Positions 1 through 13,587 of a stretch of 64,000 nt of DNA are shown here, in pieces (within the stretch, counting starts at the first letter, position 1; each line of letters starts with the position of its first letter). A program made the position numbers and the translations under genes. The notes beneath the pieces were generated by a model. That model was not told where the DNA came from. It made no database searches and saw only the letters and a list, made by a program, of their open reading frames with translations. Origin of the DNA: Tubulanus polymorphus (lineage: Eukaryota; Animalia; Nemertea); the NCBI RefSeq assembly GCF_964204645.1, contig NC_134029.1, positions 17,540,950 to 17,604,949 of the forward strand, written 5' to 3'.

Positions 1-1669
1 ATTTGCAAAAAAAAACCAATTTGCGATTTCGACCACACAGATCGCTGATCGAGTCCCGAGACATTTGAAATCAAGGATCACCATGGATTATAATGTCACA
101 ATAACAAAACTCTGAAAATCACGGTACGTATCTTAAAAAGGCCACGCTTCAAAACAGAACGTAAATTGTCAACGCGTGGTCTTAAGTAGGGTATTGCATA
201 GTATAGTTCCTACGCGTATGCTTACTGCGTTGTTCGGTTTATGTGTAACCCAAAGAAAGTTGTCATGTCGACACATTCACATCGCCAGCAATTAACATTC
301 CATGTGTCAACGTGTCGACGTATATACCAACCGACATATTAACTATTAACGATCTCTTAACCTCATACACCAAACACATCACGTGACCAAACACATGATA
401 AACCCCATAGTTAAAATACAAATTGCATTTCTATTTTTCTTTAGTCAATTCCAGTTCTCTGATATTAGTTTCAACACGGTTAAGCATTCAAATTCACAGG
501 AGATTCATTATTTATTTTCATCACTGTCATCGTGAGATGCGCCTCCAAAAAAACAAACGTGGGGACAGTGAAATATGGCATTGTTCACATTGCTACATAA
601 CGACGTCGATGCGTGCCGGCTCTTTTTTTTCAAAATCAAAAATGAAACTTTCGCAGCTGATGCTTATAGTTTACTGTTTCGGTTTAGATTTACTTCTCTT
701 GTTTGTTTGTGTTTTGTGGTCACCCGTCAACCAGTCAACCCACGATGCTTGTACATACATTGGCGACAACATTGCGACGTGTCGTCCGTCGACCGTCAAC
801 TAGCGGATGATAGGTCTATGCGCTCTATCGTCTCTCATTTTTGTCACCACGATCCTTGTACATAAATTGGCGACAACATTGCATCGTGTCATCCGTCGAC
901 CGTCAACCAGCAGGTGAGATATGCACTCTATCATCTCTTCAATGGGCCAACCAACAAACAACCAACAGTAGTCAACTGTCACTAGTCGTCGGTCAACCTG
1001 TACATGAACTGTTCCTTTGCTGCGCATTAATACCCAATTACCAATGTATTCATGCGCCAATGTATTAATGCGCTGATACATTAACCGCACAACTTATCAA
1101 CTCTATGCCAAGGCACTATACTATGCTATATCCGACTTGGGCCAAATCGTGGGGAGATGTATTTAAGTTGAACGCACGAGTCCCCCGGTGACTGAGAGGT
1201 CCGTTCCCCTGAATCTCTCGCGGTAGTTGATTCTCAACGAAAAGTAATTATTGGTATCGAACGGATAGTCAATTTACACACGACAAATAGTTAGATACGA
1301 GTAGTTAATTCTATACTCGACGAATATAGTTGATCTGATATGGTACGAACAGTTAGCAAACCTATACACGTCAGAGAGATGACTTCAGATTCTACGAATC
1401 TCCGCCACGAATCTACATCCGCAGACGAACAGTCACCACAATGTATCCAATATAGCGAAAATCCAACTTGATACCACTTATCCAAACATCATACATAATA
1501 CAAAATATCTCACCGATAGCTTTTATTAAAGCGATATAACAAGACGAAATGTAGAACACGGGGTAATAGTGCAAGGAAGGGTATTGGAACATATTCCATA
1601 CGTTAGTTGTGATTCGGTTCTCCATTTTGACGTGATTCGAAGACCCACCGAATGTAAACCGGTGAAATT

Positions 1670-1810
1670 ATATACTGGGCGACTGGGTGACTGGTTGACT
1701 GGCCCACCAGTCGACGAGATGACTGGATTACAGGCCGACTGGATGACTGAATGTCCGGGTGACTGGTCGTTTGGTTGACTGCTTATCTGGATGACTAGTC
1801 GACTGGATGA
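1670..1810 (-). repeat. Degenerate 8-bp satellite (GACTGGAT on +), inverted relative to 2480-4620
   Basis: gactgggtgactggttgactgg..gactggatgactga. Confidence 0.75.
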
Positions 1811-1976
1811 CATAACCATCATCCCCATCTCCACCATCTTTATCATCTCCAAAATCACCTTCCCCAGCAAAAATACCACGATCGCGATCGCAGCCATCAT
1901 CTCCATCACCTTCCAGCATCACTATCACCATCACCACCATTTCTACCATCACCACCTTCACTTCCAGCACCATCGC

Positions 1977-2019
<43 letters not shown>

Positions 2020-2470
2020 TCGATCACCAGAATCAACTTCAACATCACTTCTATCATCACTACCGTTTCTACCATATACATTATTATATTCTCTACCATC
2101 TCCACCGCCACCATCATCTCCACATCATGATCATCTGCACAATTACCTCCATGATCACTAACATCACCAGCACCAGCATCACCATCACCATTTCCACCAC
2201 CACTAGCATCACCACTATCACTAGCATCACCACCATCTCGGACATCATCAATATCACCTACAGCATCACCTTTTCGTGCATCACCATCAGCATCAGCATC
2301 ACCAAACTTTCCCCTATGATCACCAGTACGACCACCATCTCTGCCAGCATGTCCACCATCCCTTTCTGCCCCGACTCCTTCCTCGTGACTATTATTCCAT
2401 CACCACCAACACCAACTCCGTCATCATCACCATCATCATCATTATCTCTCTCTTCACCATCACTATCATC
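1810..2470. repeat. Degenerate (CAT/CAC)n microsatellite
   Basis: Pure (CAT)n core at ~1975-2017 with degenerate flanks. Confidence 0.9.
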
Positions 2471-2479
2471 GCATATTGA

Positions 2480-4620
2480 ATCGGTCATACAGTCATCCAG
2501 TCACCCAATCATTCAGTCATCCAGTCGCCCAGTCAAAGAGTCACTCAGTCATCCAGTCATCCAATCGTCCAGTCGCCCAGTCACCCAGTCATCCAGTCGC
2601 CCAGTCATACAGTCATACAGTGGCTCAGTCATCCAGTCGCCCGGTCACCCAGTCATCCAGTCGGCCAGTCATAGAGTCATTCAGTCGCTCGGTCATCCAG
2701 TCACCCAATCATCCAGTCACCCAATCACCCGGTCACCCACATCATCCAGTCATCCCGTCGACCAGATATCCAATCACCAAATCATCCAGTCACCCAATCA
2801 TCCAGTCGCACAGTCATTCAGTCGCTCGGTCATCCAGTTATCCAATCGACCAGTCAACCAGTCACCCAGTCATCCAGCCGGCCAGTCATACTGTCATACA
2901 GTGGCTCGGTCATCCAGTCATCTAGTGATCCACTCGCCCAATCACCCGGTCACCCACATCATCCAGTCACCCCGTCGACCAGACATACAGTCACCCAATC
3001 ACCCAATCATCCAGTCACCCAATCATCCAGTCGCACAGTCATTCAGTCGCTCGGTCATCCAGTTATCCAATCGACCAGTCAACCAGTCACCCAGTCATCC
3101 AGTCGGCCAGTCATGGAGTCATTCAGTCGCTCGGTCATCCAGTCATCCAGGAAGAAAGCCACTAAATATTTGGATGGATATATGAAAGCTGTGGGTACTG
3201 GAGTGTGTAATGGGTAGTGTAGTGTGATCTGTGTGCATTTGTGGCCAGCACACAGATCACATTGTTCATTGGGGTTTAGTCCATCTTCACCCGTCAAGGG
3301 ATTCGAACCCACTACGCTAAAGCTGTTCGCCGAACCCCTTGACCTCACGAGTCGTCGGAGTCGTTACTAGCCGACCAGAATCCGGTCGTACCAATCACAG
3401 CGCTTGTAACAAACGACTTTAGGCTTCTATTGGTTTTCCCGTTAAATGCACCAATCAGCGAACGTTTTACTGAACAAGGAAGTATTTCGCAAATCGACGT
3501 CATGCGCAACAGCGCCAGTAATGAAATCACGCTTCGTGAGGCCAGGGGGCTGGTGGAAGCGAGTTCGGGAGTGATACCGGACCCCTGGCAAGCGAGGATG
3601 GGTTTAGTCCAGGACTCGCGAGATTTTCAACAACACGGAAGTAACGTGTAATAAATGATGACTTGAATTGCATGACTACCTACATCCCCTCATTATTGTT
3701 GGAAAAGCAAATGTTCCGCGCTGACTAAAAATTAGTAATAATAATTAATAACATTTTAGAAATGGCCAGAATTTTAACTTAGGTTCTATCCCATTTTTAT
3801 TTTACAATTGCGATTGGTATAATTTTTTTTAAACGGCCGTTAAGGCTTCATGTTTCGTCTGCAGTTCACTGCATAAGGCTTCAGGTTTCGTCTGCAGTTC
3901 ACTGCAAATAGTTACGCAACTACGCACATTTCAGTGTTTTGGCAGCTGTACACTCAATCGGCACCGTTCGTGACTAGCTTCACTGCGGAATTATCATTAA
4001 TTAACATCGCCATATCACATCATCAACTTATATTGTGCCTTAAAACCCTAACAGCCGAAATAATTGAAATGCACACACGATTTCTATCATTGAAAATTGA
4101 GAGAGTGGCCGTGTTTGTGTTCTGCTGCTTCGCGTAAATCCCGCGCGGTGGCGCAACCGCGCGGAGTGGGGCCGATACGTCCAGTCAGCCAGTCACCCAA
4201 TTACCCGGTCACCCAGTCATCCAGTCACCCCGTCGACCAGACATACAGTTACCCAATCACCCAATCATCCAGTCGCACAGTCATTCAGTCACTTAGTCAT
4301 CCAGTCATCCAATCGTCCAGTCGCCCAGTCATCCAGTCGGCCAGTCATACAGTCATACAGTGGCTCGGTCATCCAGTCATCCAGTCGCCCGGTCACCCAG
4401 TCATCCAGTCGGCCAGTCATAGAGTCATTCAGTCGCTCGGTCATCCAGTCATCCAGTCACCCAATCACCCAATCACCCAATCATCCAGTCGCACAGTCAT
4501 TCAGTCGCTCGGTCATCCAGTTATCCAATCGACCAGTCAACCAGTCGGCCAGTCGTACATACATCCGAAAACTCGGTCATCCAGTCATCCCGTCGACCAG
4601 ACATCCAGTCATCAAATCAT
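2480..4620 (+). repeat. Degenerate 8-bp satellite (CAGTCATC/CAGTCACC)n, split by the mobile element at 3147-4180
   Basis: Direct inspection; higher-order duplicated blocks (2780-2870 vs 3005-3100). Confidence 0.9.
3147..4180 (+). mobile_element. CYAG-targeting non-autonomous element, full copy (with 33-bp internal tandem duplication)
   Basis: Near-identical reverse complement of 26207-27207. Starts CCAGGAAGAAAG, ends GCCGATACGT, followed by host CCAG in the satellite. Confidence 0.9.
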
Positions 4621-4804
4621 GCGACCGCATGAGGCTTGTTGCGCTAAATATCAAGGGTATGTATTCTAGTACAAAAATATTGCGCGCGACAAACTATATA
4701 TATATATATAGTTTGCCATGCCAGTTAATGTTATATTCACGTTTTCGCTGTAGAATTAGACGTATGAAATGCACAGGTAAAGGACAACCACAGACGACCA
4801 TAAT

Positions 4805-4880
4805 ATGAATTTAAGAACGTCTGCTACGCTGATAGTGCTGCTATTATCAATCCGTAATAGCTTCACACTGACATTAAATG
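4805..4880 (+). pseudogene. Signal-peptide exon of upstream SRCR paralog ([25 protein letters not shown])
   Basis: Aligns with 32218-32317, including the upstream flank and GTAAGT donor. The following intron (6135-7285) aligns with 35745-37015. Confidence 0.8.
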
Positions 4881-7374
4881 GTAAGTGATCTTTACTATGA
4901 CATGTATAGCTAAAATGGAAAGTGGTTTTTGAAATACTATTTAGAATACTATTTATGATACATGTCGATATACATGTAAAATTTAAGGTAATCATCATTT
5001 TGGGAGAAGCAACTCAATATCAGTCGTGCTCATTATCCAATAAGAGCTCATCGATTGGGAACTTAGTGCAGCAGAATTTCCGAACTCCCTCCTGAAATAC
5101 ACCCCAGATTCGTTATATTATATAGCGGTTTTGATTATTAGATATAAAATACTAAAGAAATATAGTAGAAGCGACCAAAATAAGTACACGAACAAGGCAA
5201 GGCTAAACAAGAAAACTAAATTGGAAATTTATTGACCCCTTGAAAAACAACACACATATTGCTTGATATTGTAGAACATATAAACGATGATATCAATAAT
5301 ATACACATGCAATACAGAGGATCAATAAAGTTATTTTAGATTTGAATAATAAAGTCAATAAGTGAATTGAATTGACCGATCAGTCTAACCCCGCTATATT
5401 AACGACGTAGCACACATCCTCCCAAAACCAATTATCAAATTGTATCAAAAAAATAAAGTAAGAGTTATGAAATATATTTAGTTACAAAATAAATGCCGAA
5501 ATTCACCACCGTAATAATTAATAATAATAATTAATAATTAATAGTTGTAGTTATTTTGAAACGCCAATATTGATGACGCAGGGCACATCGACTCACATAG
5601 AACCCCTCATATAACACATACTAGGTATCAATGTATATTAACATTATTGTATTGTAAATACGTCAGATGTATGCAACAAAGATGAACCTCATGTACCAGA
5701 TAATATCGATCAGGTCAAAGGAAATAAAAGATTCTAAATCCGTCGAATCTTCTAAACGTAATCGTAGAACCTACCTTTTTATACGTGTTTATTTTTGATT
5801 TACGGAATAAATGTTGAATTTGAATTGTGAGGGAATAATTCATATATCTTTATAACAGGGCACCTAAAAAAATTGTTGGGGGACTAGTCGCCCTGGTCCC
5901 CCCTCCCCGGATCCGTCCTTGTTTGCATTTAAAAGCAAACCACACTATTCCATAATCATTAAGAATAATAAATTGTTTTGGAAACCGCCAGGCTTTTATC
6001 AATGAACGAACTAAACGGATGAAACGGATGAAACTGCTGATCTGGGTTTGATTATTCGTGCTGAAATCGTCATATTATCTGGTAATCTGTATCAATTTTC
6101 AATGAATGAAGCCACTACGGCTCAGAAAACCGATTAAAACATATTTTACATTCGTAATGAATAACATCCGGTACCGGATCATAAACCCAACCTGCTATTA
6201 AGCATTGGGTTAACAATTTTCGATTATACTGCGGTTTTGATAAAATGTCATATTTTTCATTAAGTCGTCTTTACTGACTGAAACAAGCTGTCTAGTTCTA
6301 AAGTAGCGCCCTCTTGAAGCGACACTCGGTGTGTGGTTTAAGGGAATTAACGAATGAATTCAACAAAGGACAACCGCAATCCCACAATGCAACGAGTTGG
6401 ACCTTTCACTTAATTCGGTACCCGCTTTGTTAATCCTATGGGAAACATGCTTATCCCTTTTAATTGCTGGTCAATAATAATGTGTTTTAGGGCGGGAACC
6501 GATGTACTTTCGTTTCTCTGCTTGTAAACTGCCAGGATCTATACTCTTCAGTATATTTGGTACTTTCGATTTCGAAAATTAACCTAGATGATCACAAAAG
6601 ATATCATTTCGTTTCTACAAGCATTTTTGGAATTAGAACGAATTGCGCAGTTGTTTGATATCGAAGAATATGAATACAAACTGGTATCGAAATTGAGGGA
6701 AAAATTAGAAAAAAAGTTGTTATTTTGTGTAGTGCATAACGAGTGCTTGTCTTCAGTCTAAACAAAAGTTTGACAGCGTTTCATTTCTTCCTGGTTGTTT
6801 TTGAATGGCACTGCTCTATATCACGGAACGTATTATTGAGCTGATATTCAGTTCATAAAGATATAGTTTATCAGGAAGTTAAAACCCAAAGAACGTACAA
6901 GGAACTTATATGAGTAGCCTACGCTGTTAGAATTTTATGTCAATTTCAGATAATAGCCTTATTTATATACCTGAATTCGCCATATTATTTCGAAATAACA
7001 ACATTAATTGCACCCGACGTCGATTGCAATTGAAAAATGAGACTTTTATGCTAATACTAACGTAAATATGTTGTTTACCATTTTATTAATCTATCGCCTA
7101 AAAGTCTGATGTCTGTTGCCTTAAAAATTTTCAATATTTAGATAACGTAGTTGAAAAGTATTTCCTCCGATGCCCTTCTCAAAAATTATATGCGATAAAG
7201 TTTTTTCAGAGATTTAAACGATAAATTTTTTTAAAAATGGTTTATGATTTGTGGGTATTTTGGAGGAAGATGTGCTAACGGCAATCATTTTGTGTGAGTG
7301 ATATGAATTCGAACCGAATCAATGTATGGTGGCTGATAAGGGCCATAGCGTGAAATTCCTGGTATGTAAATGAG

Positions 7375-7745
7375 GGCGCCAGAACGCCAGAACGCCAAAA
7401 CGAAAAAGAACATCCAATTTTCTCTGAAAGTTCGTTTTGGCGCGCCAAAACAAAGAAAATTCCGTTTTGGCGCCCCCGCCAAAATGAAAGTTCGTCTTGG
7501 CGCCCCCGCCTAAACAACGAAAAACGTCCAATTTTCTCTAAAAGTTCGTTTTGGCGCGCCAAAACAACGAATATTCCGTTTTGGCACCCCCGCCAAAACG
7601 AAAAAAAAACGTCCAATTTTTCTCTAAAAGTTCGTTCTGGCGCGCCAAAACAAAGAAAATTCCGTTTCCATTTTCAACCACGTAAAATAATTCTATATAT
7701 GCAAATTTATGCAAATTATACACAGGATCAACGCGCCAAATTGAA
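7375..7745. repeat. Minisatellite (~100-115 bp units) with TTTTGGCGCGCCAAAA palindromes, probably MITE-internal
   Basis: Repeated aaagttcgttttggcgcgccaaaacaa..ttccgttttggc. Confidence 0.75.
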
Positions 7746-7804
7746 AAAAAATTTTGGTTTTTGACGTATTTATCCGGAATTGGAAAAATTTCGGAAGTGT
7801 ACCA

Positions 7805-7960
7805 TCATATAGGTAATATAATAGAGTTTATGACGACCTTTCTGCCATGCAAAGATAATTTAGTTTGGCGCCAAAGATTTATAATATTTTGAATCTTATT
7901 TATTTTCGGATTCCAGTTTAAATCATCAGTATTCTCATTTCCGTAACGGAGATGAGTGTA
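7805..7960 (-). mobile_element. Tx1/L1-type LINE ORF2 fragment
   Basis: NWNPKINKIQNIINLWRQTKLSLHGRKVVINSIILP matches the post-RT region of L1/Tx1. Confidence 0.75.
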
Positions 7961-8307
7961 ATGTATAGTCGGACTGCCACGTACGTTTTCCAGTTCGCTG
8001 GACCAATCAATAAGTCTGGTCGGCTCAACCAAAAAATGTTGAGAGGAAGGGTGCGCTAAAAGGTCGAAAGGTCTGTGCGATGGATTTGGTTGGAAAGGTC
8101 ATCGCCATGTGCGCGGGGTCATCTTCTGACCATCGGTCATACCTTGATAAGCCTAGTGACCAGTGTGCTGATAATCTGTTTTAGTGATATTATAGTTTTG
8201 ACAGATACGAGATGCACTTTGCTGCCAACAAACGACTTATCAGTTGAAATGAAATCGAATATAGGCTAAACAAAAATGATGCCTTGTTTCTCCGCAGCGG
8301 CCGGGTC

Positions 8308-9232
8308 ATTTTTAACCCACTTTGGACTTAAGTTAGTTCACTTTTCGTCTGTCCGTAGACGGAATCCAGTTATTTTGGGAAGTTTTGAAGACGTTTCAAG
8401 GTAATGTCTTGATATTTGGTTTATACATGTATCTTCCCTAGGCACGCCTTCAGCCCAAAAACTGACCCTGTCAGATTCAAGATGACCGACTGGCAGCCAT
8501 TAGTCTTCGCCAAAATCAGCACTTTTTACACATTTTTAAAATTTTCGAGGGAAATTTTTGAAGAGGTTTTTATCAATTACTTGATCCTTCGTATATATTT
8601 GTATCCCCCAAGGGCCCAAAATTGGGTCGTTTGGACTCAAGATGGCTGTCCTGTGACCTTTTTTTGCCCAAATATGTAAATTTTGGCCTTGATTCTGAGT
8701 CCTGTAGCTATGGTTTGCCATTTTTCATTGCAATTGCTAATGGCTATTCTTTGGAAAGGGATATTTTGTACCCGAGACAGGCATTTTTCATGAGGCAATT
8801 ATGACGCAATTGGTGGCTATCTTGGTGTCATCAGTACTCATTCGTAGGTGGAAAAGATTTTTCCACATTACATTGATACTTAAGCATATTTTGTTACTAA
8901 AAAATATATATAGGAAAGTTGTAGCTCGAGACATGTTCTATGCTTATGGTGAGTTTCAAGGTCATTGGGCTTCGCATATGGTCACCAGGGGGGCGTTGAT
9001 TAGTAGAATAACTTTAAAAGTATTTCCATATCATATTGGTAACTAGGCATATTTTGTTACCACAATCCATCACAAAATTGTAGTTGCTTACATGTTCTAT
9101 GATTGTGGTGAGTTTCAAGGACATTGCATTTTTTCAAGGTCATTGGATGGGGCGTTGAACATTGAAATTTTTAGATTGTTGAGCATTTGTAACAACTTAC
9201 CAAGTGGGCATGGTGTCCTTGGACCCCTAGTT
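8308..9232 (+). mobile_element. Helentron-associated non-autonomous element (HINE-like)
   Basis: 5' TTTTTAACCCACTT, GTCTGTCCGT remnant, internal degenerate repeats, 3' AAGTGGG followed by hairpin GGTGTCCTTGGACCC and CTAGTT. Confidence 0.6.
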
Positions 9233-9415
9233 GTAAAATATAATAAGATCAGTTTGTAATCAACTGCGACCTAGGTCTAGCAAAACTCAATTCCATTCAG
9301 TGGTATTGCAAACTCGTTGTTCCATTTATCCGAATGCTAATATTCCCATGTTGATAATGAAAAACCTATGTACAATTCACACGATGAATTGCACTAATTA
9401 ATCTATCAGCTCTAG

Positions 9416-9765
9416 ACGTATTGGCCCCACTCCGCGCGGATGCGCCACCGCGCGGGATCTACGCGGAACAGCAGAAACAAACATGGCCACCTTTTGAATT
9501 GTCAATGTTAGAAATTTTACATGAATTTCAATTATTTCAGCTGTTAGGGTTTCAAGGCACAATATAACGATGTGATATGGCGATGTATATAAATGATAAT
9601 GCTCAGTGAGAACCAGTCACGAACTGTCCCGATTTAGTGTACAGCGGTCAAAAACATATGAATTTGTGTAGTCACCTAACTATTTGCAGTACAGTGCAGA
9701 CGAGACACGGAGCCTTAATGGCCATTTACAAAAATTCTAGCAATCACAATTGAAAGATAAATACA
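9416..9765 (-). mobile_element. Older, truncated copy of the CYAG-targeting element (hairpin end)
   Basis: CTAG|ACGTATTGGCCCCACTCCGCGCGGATGCGCCACCGCGCGG; diverged homology runs ~350 bp. Confidence 0.8.
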
Positions 9766-10029
9766 GAATGATATGATAGAACGCTATACAACTTAAGTTT
9801 AAAATATAGCTGCAAAGCAGCGATAACGGGTTTTCTGCACAGCCTTGTTCGTGTCGAACACGAATGCGTGTATATTGACGCAGCCCCGCCAGGCCATGAA
9901 AGTGAAGGGAATTTAGAATCCTGTTCAACTGTCAACAAAGTTTTATAAAATGAAGGTCTACAAACAGTCAATTGGGCTTACTTGTAACCATGGGTGATTG
10001 TTCCAGATGGTTATTTGACTCTGGAAAAT

Positions 10030-10430
10030 CGAGTGTTAGGCCTTATTTAGTCTTAATGGATTTCGAAAAGCATTTGATAAGGCACTTCATCTACGATTAC
10101 TAAACGGGCCTCTAGGAAATGTTATCAATGATGGGTCGCTTAAATGGCTCAGTTGTGTTCTCCGATCGAAAACAGAGGGCCGAAATCAACAGAACTGTCT
10201 ATTCTTGGAACTAAGTAGATCTAACTAGTGGAGTCACTCAAGGTAGTATCCTAAGTGGTCTTCTCTTCACAGTCCTGATTAATGATTTACAGAGTATTCG
10301 AAATGTACAGGACCGAGTAAATCTCCAAAACGACCTTAACAAGTTTATCCCGTACATGGTCAGAAACATGGAAGATAAGCTTCAGCCTAAAAAGGTATAA
10401 TATGGATATTGGATACAAAGAAAACCCAGG
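10030..10430 (+). mobile_element. Decayed CR1-clade RT fragment
   Basis: MDFEKAFDK..LSDRKQR..TSGVTQGSILSGLLFTVLINDL..LQNDL..WSETW, with frameshifts. Confidence 0.8.
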
Positions 10431-10469
10431 GGCATATACCTTTGTGTTCGAGTGAGAAGATTATTCTGA

Positions 10470-11085
10470 TCGAATGAAGATTACACATTATAACGATAAG
10501 ACTATTTAGTTCCACGAACATCTTTTTCTTATAGTATAAAAATACTCGATGGTACAATATACTTGTTCGAACGAAAAACTTAATTTTCCGACGAGAAAAT
10601 TTAGTTTGAAAGAAAACAATTCTGTTTGAACGAATTTTCCAACAAAAGTTTTGTTCGAACAAACTCCATTTTGTTCAATCGAACAAAATATTTTTTCGAA
10701 CGAAAAAATTGTTGTCTTGAGAAGGAATTTTTCTCGAATGATAACAATTCTGTTCAATTAAATAATAGAGGCCTACTTATTGTTCGAACGGAAAACCTTT
10801 CGTTCAGATATAAAAAATTGTTCGAATAAAAAGCTACGTTATTGTTCGAACGAAAACTCTTTGGCTCGACATAAAAGATTGTTGAGCGAAAACAATTCGA
10901 GTGAAAACAATTCTGTTCAATCGAACAACATATTTTTGTTGGCATAAAAAGCTTTTCAAATTTTTCAAAAAAAGTTTTGTTCGACCGAAATCAATTTTGT
11001 CGACCGAAGAAAATATTGTCGGTTCGAAGGAAAAAGTTCTGACACAAAAATTTGTTCGAACGAAAAGATGTTCAAACGAAAAAGA
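10470..11085. repeat. TTGTTCGAACGAAAA-rich minisatellite / MITE interior
   Basis: Many palindromic GTTCGAAC units. Confidence 0.7.
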
Positions 11086-12266
11086 GACCTTGTCATCCGG
11101 GGCTTTGTTATTAAAGTCATCGGGAATTAATAACATACAATGATGAAAAACTTCAAAAGAAAAACTCTGGGTGATAAAGCTTGCTCATACGAATGCTAAC
11201 AACTTTTCAAAAGAAATCTTCATTTTAGCCTATGTAGGCCTACGTATGCGCGTAGGCCTAGCATCCGGACAGAGGAGGCTTAGGCCGATTTCGCTTTAAC
11301 CCTCCTAAACATCGTATTCCTACACCTTTATTTAATAGGGTTGGGCCTCATGGTATATTCGATTTGTAAAATACATTTCATTTTCGGATGAAGAAACAAA
11401 TCTTTTTTTGTACTACGTCCGGATTTTCTATTGCAAATTTTGTTTCAAGTTCAATCCATGTGTCCGTTAATGAACACAACAATTATATTGTGTTTGTTTG
11501 AAACAGTAAAGCCCGTAGACCCAAAGGTCGTGCAGGACCTCAATAAACACTTCGAGCGGCCTAGAAACGATCTTCGAACTATCACCCGCGGTATTGGAAA
11601 CACTGAATCCGAATATCAAGCGTGAATTCAGCTTACAGATAAGAATGTGTCTATATAGAGGTATTAAGTAAATGACCTGTGGATTAGGTAAAATCGGTAT
11701 GTACTGTAGGACAAATAGAATATTGATATATGGTTGAAGTCCGCGGCCGAATCACTGGTAGTAATGAATTCATTTATTTTGATACCTCGTCAACACTACA
11801 GCTTTTCTCCGCTGCATTTGTTCGGCGTGTTTAGTTTAGGCCTACGGCTGGCACCGGTACTTAATTGATTCATCGTAGTAAATATCCGGTAAATTTAGTA
11901 AAGGAAATTAGAATATTGTTTGACTAACTGTTTGAATCCCGCGGCCAAATCACTGGGAGTAATAAATTTATTTGTAATTGATTTGATTATCATGGCAAGG
12001 AGAAGTCGCAGCGGATCCACGGAACGCCGATGTAAAGACACACGTTGATTCATCGATCTTTACAGCTCGACAGTGCGTATAATATTTAGAGTAGTAAATA
12101 TCCTGTTGATCGGTAAAGTGTAGCGATGAAGAAAATAGGTAATTATTGAAATTACTGTCTCGAGTCTTGCAGCAATGAATTTGTTTATTTATACTTGAAT
12201 TGATAATGAAAGTGACGAGCAGTCTGCGGTGGATTTCGGGATGACGTCTCAGAAAAACATATCGCC

Positions 12267-13418
12267 TCATTGAATGCGGTGTTGTCATATCGCGGAAAGA
12301 CGGAATCGCGGAATTTTCCAAAACGCGGAATTTCTTCATTTTAACTATAAATAGTAAACGGGTTTTCCCACGGGGATACCCACTGTCGGACAGGGCATCG
12401 GACCCAGGTTTTCAACCACGGGAATTAGTATTTGATAATCTATTATATCGCCAGTCAACAACTTAACGATACTGTTCCAAATAATGTAGAACCTAGGCAA
12501 TACGTGCTTTGCGAATTCAGTGATACAGAATCGCTGCATTAACTGAAGGAATGCAAATCGATGGTACGTAAACGTAGGATTTTTGATGACACCATGGGTC
12601 ATTCTCCAGGACTCAGTTCCGAGTTAAGATTTGACTCTGGTCTCTGGATTTAAAACATTGGAAATGAATTGATTCTAAGTAACTCAGAGTTAACTCACAA
12701 CTGTGGAACTGGATCGATGTCAGACGAAAATAAATAGACATTATGTACATTTCATTCTGGCTTCGGATTGTTCATGCGTGTTGTGTGTCTACATTGTTGT
12801 TATAAGCGAATGTGGTTTATCTTTTAGAATTAAATGATATGAAAGATTATAAAATGGCTTCGTTTTTTTAATGTTTTCTTTGTGACTGCTATAAGATATA
12901 TGTTCCTATGCTGATTATTTGGATCAAAAGAATCTCATTGGTACCGGTACTGGACGAATTTGACGAAGGAATTTGAACCGATTCTTGTTTGGTCGTAGGA
13001 TTTCATGTTTGCAACCATCTACAACTACGGTCCGACACCGCGAACGTGCTCAATATTTATCTGATAATATTCGTTTCTGAAGTTCTCAAAAAGTCGATGA
13101 ACTTCGATAACCGAAGTTTGCCCAGTAGAAATAGACATTAGGTGCCTGGTCTCTTTCACCCCACTTGATTCTGACTTCTTCTACAGGTGGCAGCCAGTCA
13201 ACGGTATCGTAATATAATAATTCCATATAAAATTGCCTGCAAATAATGGGACTCGAACCTAACTCGTTGCATCGATCGGTCCGGTGCCCTGTCCGACAGT
13301 GGGTATCCCCGTGGGAAAACCCGTTTTCTATTTAAAGTAAGAATGAAGAAATTCCGCGTTTTTGGAAAATTCCGCGATTCCGTCTTTCCGCGATATGACA
13401 ACACCGCATTGAATGGGG
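12267..13418. repeat. ~145-bp inverted repeat pair (12267-12413 / 13279-13418), probably DNA-transposon termini
   Basis: ccacggggatacccactgtcggacagggc vs gccctgtccgacagtgggtatccccgtgg, extending through gcggaattttccaaaacgcggaatttc. Confidence 0.75.
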
Positions 13419-13587
13419 CTCAATTTTCGATGTTTACGGCCCGACAGTGCTTTTGTAACGTTGATTCATCAAAATTCCCATGCAGTATCTGTAGATCGAA
13501 GTGAGCTAAATGGATTAAAACGGATTGTATCGGAAACAGCGGTAAGATAAAAAAAAGCCTTTGCAGTTTTGACGTCAATTGTCAAAT

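Noticed and set aside
423-1625. Cluster of short ORFs at the window start
   Set aside because: No recognisable motifs; the region includes a ~108-bp imperfect duplication (750-910) and looks non-coding.
1791-3185. 464-aa His/Thr/Ser-rich ORF and overlapping repeat ORFs
   Set aside because: Translation of the CAT/CAC microsatellite and 8-bp satellite, which lack stops in several frames; no domain or splice support.
3079-4137. Short ORFs inside the CYAG element (also 26203-27266) as its transposase
   Set aside because: All under 100 aa with no HUH, DDE or tyrosine-recombinase motifs; they recur only because the copies are near-identical.
3147-4184. Canonical Helitron call for the CYAG element
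   Set aside because: Hairpin plus CTAG is suggestive, but empty sites show the tetranucleotide is host-derived, two copies have CCAG there, and insertion is not at A^T.
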